From an uncultured bacterium (GTDB taxonomy: Bacteria; Edwardsbacteria; AC1; EtOH8), in NCBI GenBank assembly GCA_963780225.1, contig CAWAAX010000011.1:1-64000 (forward strand): a stretch of DNA of 64,000 bases, given 5' to 3'. The notes beneath the pieces are model-generated. The model was given only the letters and a program-made list of their open reading frames with translations. It was not told where the DNA came from and searched no databases. A program made the translations under genes and the position numbers. Positions 20,965 through 30,304 of this stretch are shown here, in pieces. Within the stretch, counting starts at the first letter, position 1. The number at the start of each line of letters is the position of its first letter.

Positions 20965-21113
20965 TATACTCAACGTCATAAGTCGCAACACAACCCGTCA
21001 TTCCCGCACTTCATTACATTCTGTGTAAACTCCAGCGGGAATCCATGTAAACACTGGATTCCGGGTCAAGCCCGGAATGACAAGCGGCATAAGAATTGTG
21101 TCGTCGTGTATAG
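20965..21113. repeat. Palindromic element, family D (GTCATTCC...GGAATGAC, dRS3/RPE-like) with an internal insert
   Basis: Core at 20997-21081; homologous in inverse orientation to 40567-40684, including the flank CGTCGTGTATAG. Confidence 0.8.
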
Positions 21114-21118
21114 TTTCG

Positions 21119-22243
21119 TTACCACTTCTTTATGTAACAGCGCCGCCGCTTGTGCTGGCGCGACTCGAAATACTTCCAGTGGCTCTGGACCTTGACGTTC
21201 TCCTCCAGCTCGATGTTGGTCTCGGCCGAGACCACCCCGTTCTTCATGGCCGAGCGGCACATCTCGGTCATCAGCAGGGCGTCGGCGCCCCTGCCCTGCA
21301 GGTCGGGCCGGATGGCCCCCAGGTACAGGTCTATCTGCTTGTTCTTTTTGCTGATGGCCCGCAGGATATGGATGAAGCCGAAGGGGAACAGCCTTCCCCT
21401 GGACTTCTGCAGGGCTTTGGAGAGCGAGGGCATGCCGATCACGAACCCGGCCACTTTATTGTTGGAGTCTAAAAGGATCTTGGTGTAATCCGGCAGGATG
21501 AACGAGAAATACTGCTTGATGTACATGGCTATCTGTTTCTCGTTCAGCGGCACAAAGGCGTAGATGGGGGCGAAGGCGGCGTTCAGCACCTCGAACATTT
21601 CGTGGGCGTAGGGCAGCAGGTCCTTGGCTTTTTTAGCCTCCAACACTTTGACCCCGGTCTTCTGCATGACTATTTTGGCGATCCGGTCGGCCTTCTCCGG
21701 GATCTGGTCCGGTACCTTGACCTCGAACTCCACCCAGTCCACGTCCTTGGCGTAGCCCAGCGCTTCCAATTGCTTGGGATAGTAGGGGTGATTGTAGATG
21801 GCGGCCAGGGTGCCCAGTTCGTTAAAGCCGTCCACCAGCATCCCCTCGTGGTCCATGTCGGTGAAGCCCAGCGGCCCGTGAATGCCCGCCATGCCTTGTT
21901 CCCTGGCCCAGCTTTCAACCGTCGAGAATAGTGACTTGACCACTTCGGCATCGTCTATGAAATCCACCCAGCCGAACCGGGCGTACTTGTTGCCCCATTT
22001 CTCGATGTAGCGCTGGCTGATGATCCCGGCGATCCGCCCGGCCAATTTGCCGTCCTTATAGGCCAGCCAGTACTTGGCCCGGCAGTATTCAAAGGCCGGG
22101 TTCTTGTCCGCCTTAAGGGTTTCGTACTCGTCCATCAGCAGGGGCGGGATCCAGTAGGGGTGGTTCTGGTAAAGCGAAAAGGGGAACTCAATGAATTGCT
22201 TGAGTTCTTTTTTGGTAACGACCTCTTTGATGATGACCGGCAT
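21119..22243 (-). CDS. GNAT-fold protein (YghO-like)
   Basis: FIEFPFSLY; GRIAGI; GPLGFTDMDHEGML; YNHPYY. Confidence 0.8.
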   Translation of the reverse strand: MPVIIKEVVTKKELKQFIEFPFSLYQNHPYWIPPLLMDEYETLKADKNPAFEYCRAKYWLAYKDGKLAGRIAGIISQRYIEKWGNKYARFGWVDFIDDAEVVKSLFSTVESWAREQGMAGIHGPLGFTDMDHEGMLVDGFNELGTLAAIYNHPYYPKQLEALGYAKDVDWVEFEVKVPDQIPEKADRIAKIVMQKTGVKVLEAKKAKDLLPYAHEMFEVLNAAFAPIYAFVPLNEKQIAMYIKQYFSFILPDYTKILLDSNNKVAGFVIGMPSLSKALQKSRGRLFPFGFIHILRAISKKNKQIDLYLGAIRPDLQGRGADALLMTEMCRSAMKNGVVSAETNIELEENVKVQSHWKYFESRQHKRRRCYIKKW

Positions 22244-22265
22244 AGCGCTTACATTCCTTGTGATT

Positions 22266-22565
22266 TCATTTTCTGCTTTTTAATTTTGATTTTAGATCAG
22301 CCCAGTTCCACCACTTCAACAGTTCCGGATCATGCTTGTCATGCGAAGCATAGTACACCGCGCAGCGGAAGACATAGAGCAGACAGCGGTCCACCGGGTG
22401 CCCCTCCAGCGCGCAGTATCTGGCATAGAGCTTCTCCGGGTCCCGGCCCTTAAGGCAGGAGACCTTCTTGATGCCCAGCCGGTTCAGGTCCTCGGCGATG
22501 CTGGGCCCAACCCCGGGGATCACCTGCAGGCCTTTGATTTCCCGGACCTGGCCGCCTTTGCGCAT
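22266..22565 (-). CDS. HhH protein, Cdd1/mitomycin-resistance family
   Basis: IPGVGPSIAEDL; DRCLLYVFRCAV; KWWNW. Confidence 0.85.
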   Translation of the reverse strand: MRKGGQVREIKGLQVIPGVGPSIAEDLNRLGIKKVSCLKGRDPEKLYARYCALEGHPVDRCLLYVFRCAVYYASHDKHDPELLKWWNWADLKSKLKSRK

Positions 22566-22654
22566 CAGTTTACATCCTGCCCTGCAATTGTCCACTATCC
22601 GCCCCCTGTTGTTCTTTTCCGACAATCAAATCCCAATCATCTGTTCCCTGCCGA

Positions 22655-24988
22655 CTATTTCAGCTCCACCACCGTCACCCCGTCCTGGCCCTCGTTCCAC
22701 GCTCCCAGCCGGAACGCTTTCACCTGGGGACTCTTGGTCAGGATCTCCCGGACCACCTTGCGCAGCACCCCTTCCCCCTTGCCGTGGACGATCCGGATGT
22801 TGGTGATCCCGTAATAGACCGCGTCGTCTATGTAGCGCTCCACCGCCTCTATGGATTCGTCGGCCCGCATGCCCAGCAGATGCAGCTCCGGGGCGAACCC
22901 GGAGACATTGTCGGCGCTGACGGTGGGACTTGGTTTCTGCTCCGGGGCCTTCTGGGAAGATCCGGCCACCGCATTCTGCCGGGGCACGGTCATCTGCACG
23001 TTGCCCACCCGGACCTTGAGCTTCTTGCCGGAATCCAGCAGGTCGGTGACCAGCCCCTCTTTTTTAAGCTCGGTCAGGTAGACCTTCTCCCCCTTTTTAA
23101 AGACGTGGCCTGGGTCCTGCCTGGCGTAGGCTTGGGGCCGATCCTCCGGCGGCAGCAGGGCTTCGGCGGCTTTCAGCATCTCCCTGGCCTTGATGATGCT
23201 CTGCTTGCCGGCCTGTTCGGCCTTGATCACGGCCACCGCCTGCTCGGCCGAGCTGCGGGCCTGGGTAATGATGCTCCGGGATTCCTCGGCCGCCTTCAGC
23301 TTCATGGCCTTCAGCTCTTCCTGCAAACCTTCCAGCCGGGACTGGTACTCCTCCTTCAAACTCTGGGCCTGCTCCATGTCACCCATGGCCTTCAGCTCCT
23401 TTTGCTCGGCCTGGCGCTTGACCTGTTCCAAAAAGGTGATCAGCTCCTCCAGCTGGACCGACTTGGAATCTATCCGGGAACGGGCGTCCTTTATGACCTC
23501 GGGCGAAAGCCCCAGCCGGGAGGCGATCTCTATCCCGTAGCTGGCCCCGGGCACGCCCATCATCAGGCGGTAGGTGGGCTGGAGCTTTTCCCGGTCGAAT
23601 TCCATGGCCGCGTTCAGCATCTGGACATTCTGCTGGACGAAGGCCTTCAGCGCCCCGTAGTGGGTGGTGGAAAGGGTCAGGCAGCCTTTGTTGGTCAGCT
23701 CCAAAAGAATTGTCATGGCCAGGGCCGCGCCCTCGGCCGGCTCGGTGCCGGCCCCGATCTCGTCCAGCAGCACCAGCGACCGGGCGGTGGAGTTCTCCAG
23801 CACCCCCTTGATCTGCGAGATGTGCGAGGAGAAGGTGGACAGCGACTGGGAGATGGACTGCTCGTCGCCGATGTCGGCGAACACCTGTCCGAACAAAGGC
23901 AGGGCGCTGCCGTCCCGGGCCGGGATCTGCAGGCCGGACTGGTTCATCAGGGCCAGCAGGCCTACGGTCTTTAGCACTACGGTCTTGCCGCCGGTGTTGG
24001 GCCCGGTTATGACCATGGTGGTCCGGCCGTCCCCCAGCTCCATGTTCAGCGGCACCGGATCCTTAAGCGCCGGGTGCCGGGCCTCTATCAGCTTCAGGTA
24101 CTGCCCGCCCGGAAATATGGCCCTTACGCACTTCCAGGCCAGGGCCAGTTTGGCCCGGGCGAACACCAGGTCAAAGTGGGCCAGTAGCACCAGGTTGTTC
24201 TCCATGGCCTCAAGATTTTCGGAGACCTCCACCGAGAACTGGCGCAGGATCCGCTCCACCTCCTGCTTTTCGGCCGAGAACAGCTGGCGCATCCGGTTGT
24301 TCATCTCGATGGTGGCCAGCGGCTCCATGTAGACCGTGGCCCCCGAGGCCGAGCTGTCGTGGACTATGCCCTTGAGCTTGTTCTTGGAATCGGCCTTGAC
24401 CGGTATCACGTAGCGCCCCTCCCGGATGGTTATCAGCGTCTCCTGGATGTCGGCCGCCTCCTGGCCCATGATGTCCTCCAGCTTGGAGTGGATGCGCTGG
24501 CGCACCGTCTCCTGCTCCCGCCGGATGTGGTACAGCTCGGTGCTGGCCTTGTCGGCCACCCGGCCGTCCGGCTCTATGGCCTTGACTATCTGGTCCTCCA
24601 GGTCCTTGAAGGCCACCAGGCCCAAGGCCTGTTCCGCCAGCAGGGGATACTCCTCGTTGCGCAGACCCAGCGAAGAACGGACCTGCCGGGCCACGTACAG
24701 ATGGCGGGACAGGTGCAGCAGGACCAAAGAGTCCATCACCACGCCCTCGGCCTTAAGCGCCTCCAGCTGGGGACGGATGTCCTGCAGTTCGTAGAAGTCC
24801 AGGCCGAAGCCGGCCTCCAGGAATTTCTTGGCCTCGGCCGTCTCGTCCTGCATTTTGGCCACGGCATCGGGATCGGCCAAAGGCATCAGCGCCATGGCCT
24901 CCTCCCGGCCGTAGGGGGTGGAAGCCTTGGCGGATAGTGCGTTCCGTACGAAGTTGAACTCAAGGATGTGCAGGCTATGGGCGTTCAT
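22655..24988 (-). CDS. mutS2: MutS2 with a C-terminal Smr domain
   Basis: ITGPNTGGKT; DIGDEQSI..SLSTFSSH; LLDEIGAG; IVHGKGEGVLR. Confidence 0.95.
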   Translation of the reverse strand: MNAHSLHILEFNFVRNALSAKASTPYGREEAMALMPLADPDAVAKMQDETAEAKKFLEAGFGLDFYELQDIRPQLEALKAEGVVMDSLVLLHLSRHLYVARQVRSSLGLRNEEYPLLAEQALGLVAFKDLEDQIVKAIEPDGRVADKASTELYHIRREQETVRQRIHSKLEDIMGQEAADIQETLITIREGRYVIPVKADSKNKLKGIVHDSSASGATVYMEPLATIEMNNRMRQLFSAEKQEVERILRQFSVEVSENLEAMENNLVLLAHFDLVFARAKLALAWKCVRAIFPGGQYLKLIEARHPALKDPVPLNMELGDGRTTMVITGPNTGGKTVVLKTVGLLALMNQSGLQIPARDGSALPLFGQVFADIGDEQSISQSLSTFSSHISQIKGVLENSTARSLVLLDEIGAGTEPAEGAALAMTILLELTNKGCLTLSTTHYGALKAFVQQNVQMLNAAMEFDREKLQPTYRLMMGVPGASYGIEIASRLGLSPEVIKDARSRIDSKSVQLEELITFLEQVKRQAEQKELKAMGDMEQAQSLKEEYQSRLEGLQEELKAMKLKAAEESRSIITQARSSAEQAVAVIKAEQAGKQSIIKAREMLKAAEALLPPEDRPQAYARQDPGHVFKKGEKVYLTELKKEGLVTDLLDSGKKLKVRVGNVQMTVPRQNAVAGSSQKAPEQKPSPTVSADNVSGFAPELHLLGMRADESIEAVERYIDDAVYYGITNIRIVHGKGEGVLRKVVREILTKSPQVKAFRLGAWNEGQDGVTVVELK

Positions 24989-25028
24989 AATATACTTTGT
25001 GTGTCAGTGCTTGGATTTCATTGTTCTT

Positions 25029-25087
25029 GACCTCTCCCTGCCTGACGGCGTCCCTACCCGATTCGGGGAGGGATTGTGGGAGGGGTC
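25029..25087. repeat. Palindromic repeat, family C-like
   Basis: GACCTCTCCC...TCCCTACCCGATTCGGGGAGGGA...GGGAGGGGTC. Confidence 0.55.
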
Positions 25088-25101
25088 GGTGCCCCGGTTG
25101 A

Positions 25102-26022
25102 TTAACCATCGAATCTCGGAATTATCTCCCCCGTTTCCTTGTGCCTCGAGGTCAGCTCCGACAGCAGCAGCCCCGCGATGACCACCGCCATGCCGGTCAG
25201 TTTCAAGACATTGAACCTTTCGCCTAAAAGAAAAAAGGAAAAGACCGCGGTGGAGACCGGGATGAAGTTGGTGAAAAGATTGACCCGTGATATCCCGATG
25301 TTCCTGACCCCGATGGTGATGAAGACGAAGGCCAGGCTGGAGGGGAATACCGCCAGCAGGGCCAGGACCGAGATCACCCTGAGGTCCGGAGCAACCCCGC
25401 TGAAATGCCCCCAGTCGAAGAACAGGAACAGGGGCAGGAACAGGAACAGCCCGATGATGTTCTGGTATTTGACCACCGTCAGGGCCGAGTATTTATGGGA
25501 GACCTTTTTCAACAGCAGACCGTAGAGCACCCCGGAGAAGACAGCCAGAAACATAAGTACAATGCCTTTGGCTGAGACCTCTATCCCAAAGCCCTGGTTG
25601 AACACGATCAGCCCCACCCCCAGGAACGAGACGGCCAGACCGACCAGTGTGCACCAGCCCACTTTCTCCCTCAGCATAAAATAAGCCGCCAGCGGCGTGA
25701 ACACCGGGATGGTGGCTATGATGATGGAGCCCACCGCGGCGGAGACGTATTTCAGGCCGAAGCTCTCGGCCAGAAAATAGCAGAACGGCTCAAAGAAGGC
25801 CAGCAGCATGAAATACCGCTTGTCGCCTTTCTTGATGTTTTCGCCCGGAGCCATGAAATGAGCGATGACCCACAGGAATACCGTGGACAGGGCCAGCCTT
25901 AAGAAAACGACTGTGAGCGGCTGGTAGTACTCGTATGCTATCTTGACCCAGACATACGACAGGCCCCAGAAGAGCATGGCGCTGAGAGTGTATATGTAGA
26001 CCAGGGGCGAGGATTTTTTCAC
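25102..26022 (-). CDS. EamA/DMT-family transporter
   Basis: About 10 TM segments; FWGLSYV; FLRL; FLLGE. Confidence 0.9.
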   Translation of the reverse strand: MKKSSPLVYIYTLSAMLFWGLSYVWVKIAYEYYQPLTVVFLRLALSTVFLWVIAHFMAPGENIKKGDKRYFMLLAFFEPFCYFLAESFGLKYVSAAVGSIIIATIPVFTPLAAYFMLREKVGWCTLVGLAVSFLGVGLIVFNQGFGIEVSAKGIVLMFLAVFSGVLYGLLLKKVSHKYSALTVVKYQNIIGLFLFLPLFLFFDWGHFSGVAPDLRVISVLALLAVFPSSLAFVFITIGVRNIGISRVNLFTNFIPVSTAVFSFFLLGERFNVLKLTGMAVVIAGLLLSELTSRHKETGEIIPRFDG

Positions 26023-26079
26023 GTAATGACAATTAATTCTATGAGATAATTCACGTTAATGGTATGCTAGTACAGTTCG

Positions 26080-26595
26080 TCAGGTTACAGTTTTATGTTT
26101 CTTTATTAACAATATTATTATTGGTACTATAAATAATAATAGTATAAACCAATATTTTATTAAGTACCCATACGAAATAATAACTAATCCGGTTACTAAT
26201 GCTATGATTATATGTGGGTTTTTCGGTGATTTCCATTGTAATGTGTCTACATAGTGACTGGAAATCTCATTTCTTTGAAATGCCAATAAAGACAAGGGCC
26301 CTGTGATTTTATCGGTATGTTTATTGAGGATGAAGTAATCCGGGTTATTATTGCCTTTATTTTGTGTGAAAATATAATCTTTTGTTACCGCATATTTAAG
26401 GATTCTACCAGAGCCGTAATCTGAAGGGAAAAATACAACATTGTGATTTGTATTGCAAATAACAATTTCTTCAGCATTTGTACGGACAATAAGATATTGA
26501 TCATCTATGTGTTGCTCATAGTCTAGATAACCTTGTGCTGAACAAATTCCCGTAAAACAAAGCAATATTAATATTATTAAAATACAATATTTCAA
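26080..26595 (-). CDS. AT-rich hypothetical exported or membrane-anchored protein
   Basis: Signal peptide and two C-terminal TM segments; low GC. Confidence 0.6.
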   Translation of the reverse strand: MKYCILIILILLCFTGICSAQGYLDYEQHIDDQYLIVRTNAEEIVICNTNHNVVFFPSDYGSGRILKYAVTKDYIFTQNKGNNNPDYFILNKHTDKITGPLSLLAFQRNEISSHYVDTLQWKSPKNPHIIIALVTGLVIISYGYLIKYWFILLLFIVPIIILLIKKHKTVT

Positions 26596-26648
26596 AACAG
26601 CCTTTCTGAGTTTACAGTCTTTTAAGGCAAATTCTATCTGGGAAAATC

Positions 26649-27206
26649 CTAGATAGTCTTTAGCTCTTCCACCTTCTTGGGCTCCGGGGTCTTCTCAAAT
26701 TCCTTATACATCTCCTGGGCCTTGGGCCACAGCCCCTTGGTCTTTTCATAAACCCACGGCGCCACCTTGCGCATGGAACGGATCATCCCGGAGCGGTCCA
26801 GTTTCTGGTTGGCCTCTCTGGGCAGGGGCAGGAAAGTCAGAAGAAGAAGAAGGATGGATATCACTACCGCGCCCTTAAGCAGGCCGATCACCATCCCGCC
26901 CAGCTTGTCGGCCAGGTCCAGCGGCGTGGCCTTGATCAGCTTGGACAGCAGCCACCCGGCCAGGGTAATGGCCCCAAAGGCCGCCAGGAACATCACCGCG
27001 AACCCGATGGTCGGCGCCAGGTGCGGCGACACCTTGGGAAAGAGCTTGACCAGCCCGCCGGTGGCGGCCGGGTGCAGTTTTAGTGCCAGGAAAAACGCGA
27101 TGATCAAAGCGGCGATGCCCACGATCTCCTGCACCAGGCCCTTCTTGAAGCCCATGCCCACAGCCAGCCCCAGCAGGATCAGGATGATGATGTCTATCCA
27201 GTTCAT
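26649..27206 (-). CDS. cvpA: CvpA family membrane protein
   Basis: MNWIDIII...GFKKGLVQE...DKLGGMVIGLLKG. Confidence 0.9.
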   Translation of the reverse strand: MNWIDIIILILLGLAVGMGFKKGLVQEIVGIAALIIAFFLALKLHPAATGGLVKLFPKVSPHLAPTIGFAVMFLAAFGAITLAGWLLSKLIKATPLDLADKLGGMVIGLLKGAVVISILLLLLTFLPLPREANQKLDRSGMIRSMRKVAPWVYEKTKGLWPKAQEMYKEFEKTPEPKKVEELKTI

Positions 27207-27238
27207 GTATTGCTCCTTGCTAAGTTACCCGGGAAATA

Positions 27239-27339
27239 TTTGCCACAGAGACACAAAGACACAGAGGGGCTTATTTAAACCTTGTTCAGAGACTTCAAAA
27301 ATTGATTAAATCTCTGTGCCTCTGAGTCTCTGTGGCAAA
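27239..27339. repeat. Inverted repeat pair, family E (CACAGAGACACAAAG type)
   Basis: 28-nt arms matching at 25 of 28 positions around a 45-nt spacer; a solo arm lies at 14291-14319. Confidence 0.75.
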
Positions 27340-27358
27340 AGCGTAAATGATCTGTTGT

Positions 27359-28141
27359 TCAGCCGCCCAGTTCGCCCAGCTGCGCCAGGATCAAAGTGCT
27401 CAGCACTATCCCGGCGGTTTCGGCCCTCAGGCGACGCGGGCCCAGGGTGACGATATGGGCGTTATGTTTCTGAGCCAGATCCCTCTCTTCCTGGGTGAAG
27501 CCGCCCTCGGGCCCGGCCAGGCATAAGACGGTCCGGGGCATTTTGGCCAGACCCTTGAACACCGAGGCCACCGAGATCTTCTGCTGTCCCTCGTCGGCCA
27601 GCAGGATCAGCTCGAATTCCTTGTGCCTCTGCATCAGGTCGTTGAATTCCTCGGGCTGGCTGATCAGCGGCAGCACCGAGCGCAGGGACTGTTTCATGGC
27701 TGCGGTGGCGATCCTTTGCCAGCGGGCGCTCTTGTGGCCGGGGCCTTCCTCGTCCGGCCGCGGCGGTAGCAGCCTATCAGCCTCGCCGGGCCGGGCCACC
27801 GAGTTCTTGGTGATCAGCGGAATGATTGCGAACAGCCCCAGCTCGGTCCCCTTCTCGATGGCAAAATCCATCCGCTGGCCCTTGGGCACCGCCTGGGCCA
27901 AAGTAACCCGGGCGATGGGCTCGTGCGACTTGCGCAGCTTGTTGACAATGTTGGCCGTCACCGTTTGCTCGGTGGCGGTGGCGATGGAGCACATGTACTC
28001 GCCGCCCTGTCCGTCCACGATAGTGACCAGGTCGCCCTTCTTGTGCCTCAGCACCTTGGCGATGTGCCGGGCCTCCTCTCCGGTGATGACCACCTGCCGC
28101 TCGGAGACGCACTCCGGCGGAGCGTAAAAGTATTCTGCCAT
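27359..28141 (-). CDS. rsmE: 16S rRNA m3U1498 methyltransferase
   Basis: HIAKVLR; EKGTELG; GPEGGF; LGPRRLRAETA. Confidence 0.95.
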   Translation of the reverse strand: MAEYFYAPPECVSERQVVITGEEARHIAKVLRHKKGDLVTIVDGQGGEYMCSIATATEQTVTANIVNKLRKSHEPIARVTLAQAVPKGQRMDFAIEKGTELGLFAIIPLITKNSVARPGEADRLLPPRPDEEGPGHKSARWQRIATAAMKQSLRSVLPLISQPEEFNDLMQRHKEFELILLADEGQQKISVASVFKGLAKMPRTVLCLAGPEGGFTQEERDLAQKHNAHIVTLGPRRLRAETAGIVLSTLILAQLGELGG

Positions 28142-28246
28142 GATAACTTGCCGAAGTTGGGAAGTTGCGAAATTATGAAGCTCCGGCTGCTGACCCGGGT
28201 GATCTCAGCTTCTTACCTTCGGACCTTCTTAACTTCATTGTAGTGA

Positions 28247-29425
28247 TCAACCAGCATCCACATCTATCTTACAGGCCCCCGGCACCTTGTTCTTCTGCAG
28301 TTCCTCCAGCTGTTTCAGCAATTTCCTCTCCTCGCCGGAAAGTTTTTGGGGCATCCAGACCTCCACCTTTATCAACTCGTCGCCGCTGCCGCCGGAGTTC
28401 AGCCGGGGCAGGCCCTTGCCCCGCATCCTAAAGACCTTGCCCGAGGGCGTGCCGGAGGGGATGGAGAGCTCGGCTTTGCCGTTAAGCATCGGCACCTCTA
28501 TCTTGCAGCCCAGCACCGCCTGGGCGTAGGAGACCGAGATGCCCACGATCAGGTCGTCGCCATGGCGGGTGAACAGCGGGTGCTGTTTTTCCTCGATGTA
28601 GACCAGAATGTCGCCGGCCGGGCCGCCCCGCAGTCCAATGTTGCCCTGGCCCCGCAGGGGAAGATAGTTGCCGTCGGCCGCCCCGCCCGGGATCTTGACC
28701 TTGATGGTGGCGTCCTTCTTGACCCGGCCCTCGCCCCCGCAGCTCTGGCAGGGCTTGGAGATGATCTTGCCCTCGCCCCCGCACTGGGGACAGGTCCCCA
28801 CGTTGATGAACTGGCCGAACACCGAGCGCGAGACCTGGCGCACCTCGCCCGAGCCCTTGCAGGCCGGGCATTCCTTGATGTCCGCCCCGGACTTGACCCC
28901 CGAGCCGCTGCAATCCGGGCAGGATTCATAGCGCTTAAGCTGGAGGGTCTTTTCCACCCCGGAGGCGATCTCCTCCAGCGTCAAGGGAAGATGTATCTGC
29001 AGGTCGCCGCCCCGGCGCTCGTTCCGGCCCCGGCGCCGTGCGCCCTGGCCCTGCCCCTGCCCGCCGAAGAACATGTCGAAGATGGAATTCCCGCCGCCCC
29101 CGCCGCCGAACATGGAGCCGAAGATGTCCTGGATGTCATCGGCGTGGGTGAAGTCCCGGCCGAAGTCGAAGCCGCCCCGGCCGAAGCTGGGATCCACCCC
29201 GGCGTGGCCGTACTGGTCGTAGTTGGCCCGCTTCTGCTTGTCCATCAGCACCTCGTAGGCTTCGGACAACTCCTTGAACTTCTCCTCGGCCGCCTTGGGG
29301 TTCTCCCGGTTCATGTCGGGATGGTGCTTTTTGGCCAGACCGCGGTAGGCCTGCTTGATCTGGTCGTCTGTGGCGTTCTTGGGAATGCCCAGTATTTCGT
29401 AGTAGTCGTTTTTGGTGGGGGTCAT
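28247..29425 (-). CDS. dnaJ: Chaperone DnaJ
   Basis: J-domain with HPD, G/F region and four CxxCxGxG repeats. Confidence 0.97.
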   Translation of the reverse strand: MTPTKNDYYEILGIPKNATDDQIKQAYRGLAKKHHPDMNRENPKAAEEKFKELSEAYEVLMDKQKRANYDQYGHAGVDPSFGRGGFDFGRDFTHADDIQDIFGSMFGGGGGGNSIFDMFFGGQGQGQGARRRGRNERRGGDLQIHLPLTLEEIASGVEKTLQLKRYESCPDCSGSGVKSGADIKECPACKGSGEVRQVSRSVFGQFINVGTCPQCGGEGKIISKPCQSCGGEGRVKKDATIKVKIPGGAADGNYLPLRGQGNIGLRGGPAGDILVYIEEKQHPLFTRHGDDLIVGISVSYAQAVLGCKIEVPMLNGKAELSIPSGTPSGKVFRMRGKGLPRLNSGGSGDELIKVEVWMPQKLSGEERKLLKQLEELQKNKVPGACKIDVDAG

Positions 29426-29453
29426 TTTATCAGTAGTTGTTATATTATAAACT

Positions 29454-30092
29454 CTATGGTGCGTATATTGGTACGAACCGTTTCAATTTATTAAAGTATA
29501 CAAGAAGCTCAGGATCACATTCCGGAGCATCATTAAAGGTATATATCAATATTATTTTGTTATCATAATCGTTCCAAAACATATACCAATTGTCCAACTG
29601 CTCGTTTTTATTTGCTCCGAATTCTGACAGAAAATAATTTTTACTGCATTTTTTAAAATCAACTCTTCTCTTTTCTTTTGGTGATAAAGTATCGCAGTGA
29701 AAATTACCAATACCGTTCAGGTACCACCCTTTCTTATTTGCAAAATACCCTCCGCTATCATAGCAAATATAATTATTATCATAAAAAAACGTATCGATTC
29801 TCGCATCAATCGAAACGATTTCATAAATGGTATCTTTGTCATTAACGACTACAAACGTCCATTCGACTGGCTTCTTCCAGTCCTTTACTTTCAAGTGATA
29901 GTTGATGGTTGCCCATTCACCATCAACTGTTAACGGTATTCGTTTTGTGATGATTGTGTCAAGAACATAATCTTCTGCTTTCACCGTTGCAGTACTGTTC
30001 TTAACTGACTGTTCAGCCTTCTGTGGCCTGCATTGAAGACAAAAGGCCAGGGATAGAAGAACTAAAATAGTAATACTATGGGTTTGTTTCAT
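29454..30092 (-). CDS. AT-rich hypothetical exported protein or lipoprotein between dnaK and dnaJ
   Basis: N-terminal signal ending in C; low GC. Confidence 0.65.
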   Translation of the reverse strand: MKQTHSITILVLLSLAFCLQCRPQKAEQSVKNSTATVKAEDYVLDTIITKRIPLTVDGEWATINYHLKVKDWKKPVEWTFVVVNDKDTIYEIVSIDARIDTFFYDNNYICYDSGGYFANKKGWYLNGIGNFHCDTLSPKEKRRVDFKKCSKNYFLSEFGANKNEQLDNWYMFWNDYDNKIILIYTFNDAPECDPELLVYFNKLKRFVPIYAP

Positions 30093-30131
30093 TTTCTTCA
30101 GTCTACAATTTTACATTCTTTAATCAACACT

Positions 30132-30207
30132 GAACTCAACCCCGACCCTTCTCTTGGACTCGTGCTGAGCTTGTCGAAGCAAAGAGAAGGGAGCAAGGGA
30201 TGAGTTC
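30132..30207. repeat. Family C palindrome with a nested family B repeat (GCTGAGCTTGTCGAAGC)
   Basis: Comparison with the uninterrupted copy at 14056-14112. Confidence 0.75.
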
Positions 30208-30244
30208 GAAAGACTTCTGAGAAATCCTCATAAATACGCAAATA

Positions 30245-30279
30245 GGGGAGAAGCCTTTTTGACAAGGCTTATCTCCCCC
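30245..30279 (-). terminator. Hairpin or terminator downstream of dnaK
   Basis: GGGGAGAAGCCTT...AAGGCTTATCTCCCC. Confidence 0.55.
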
Positions 30280-30304
30280 GTTGCGTTTTAAATTTACCGG
30301 GCCG

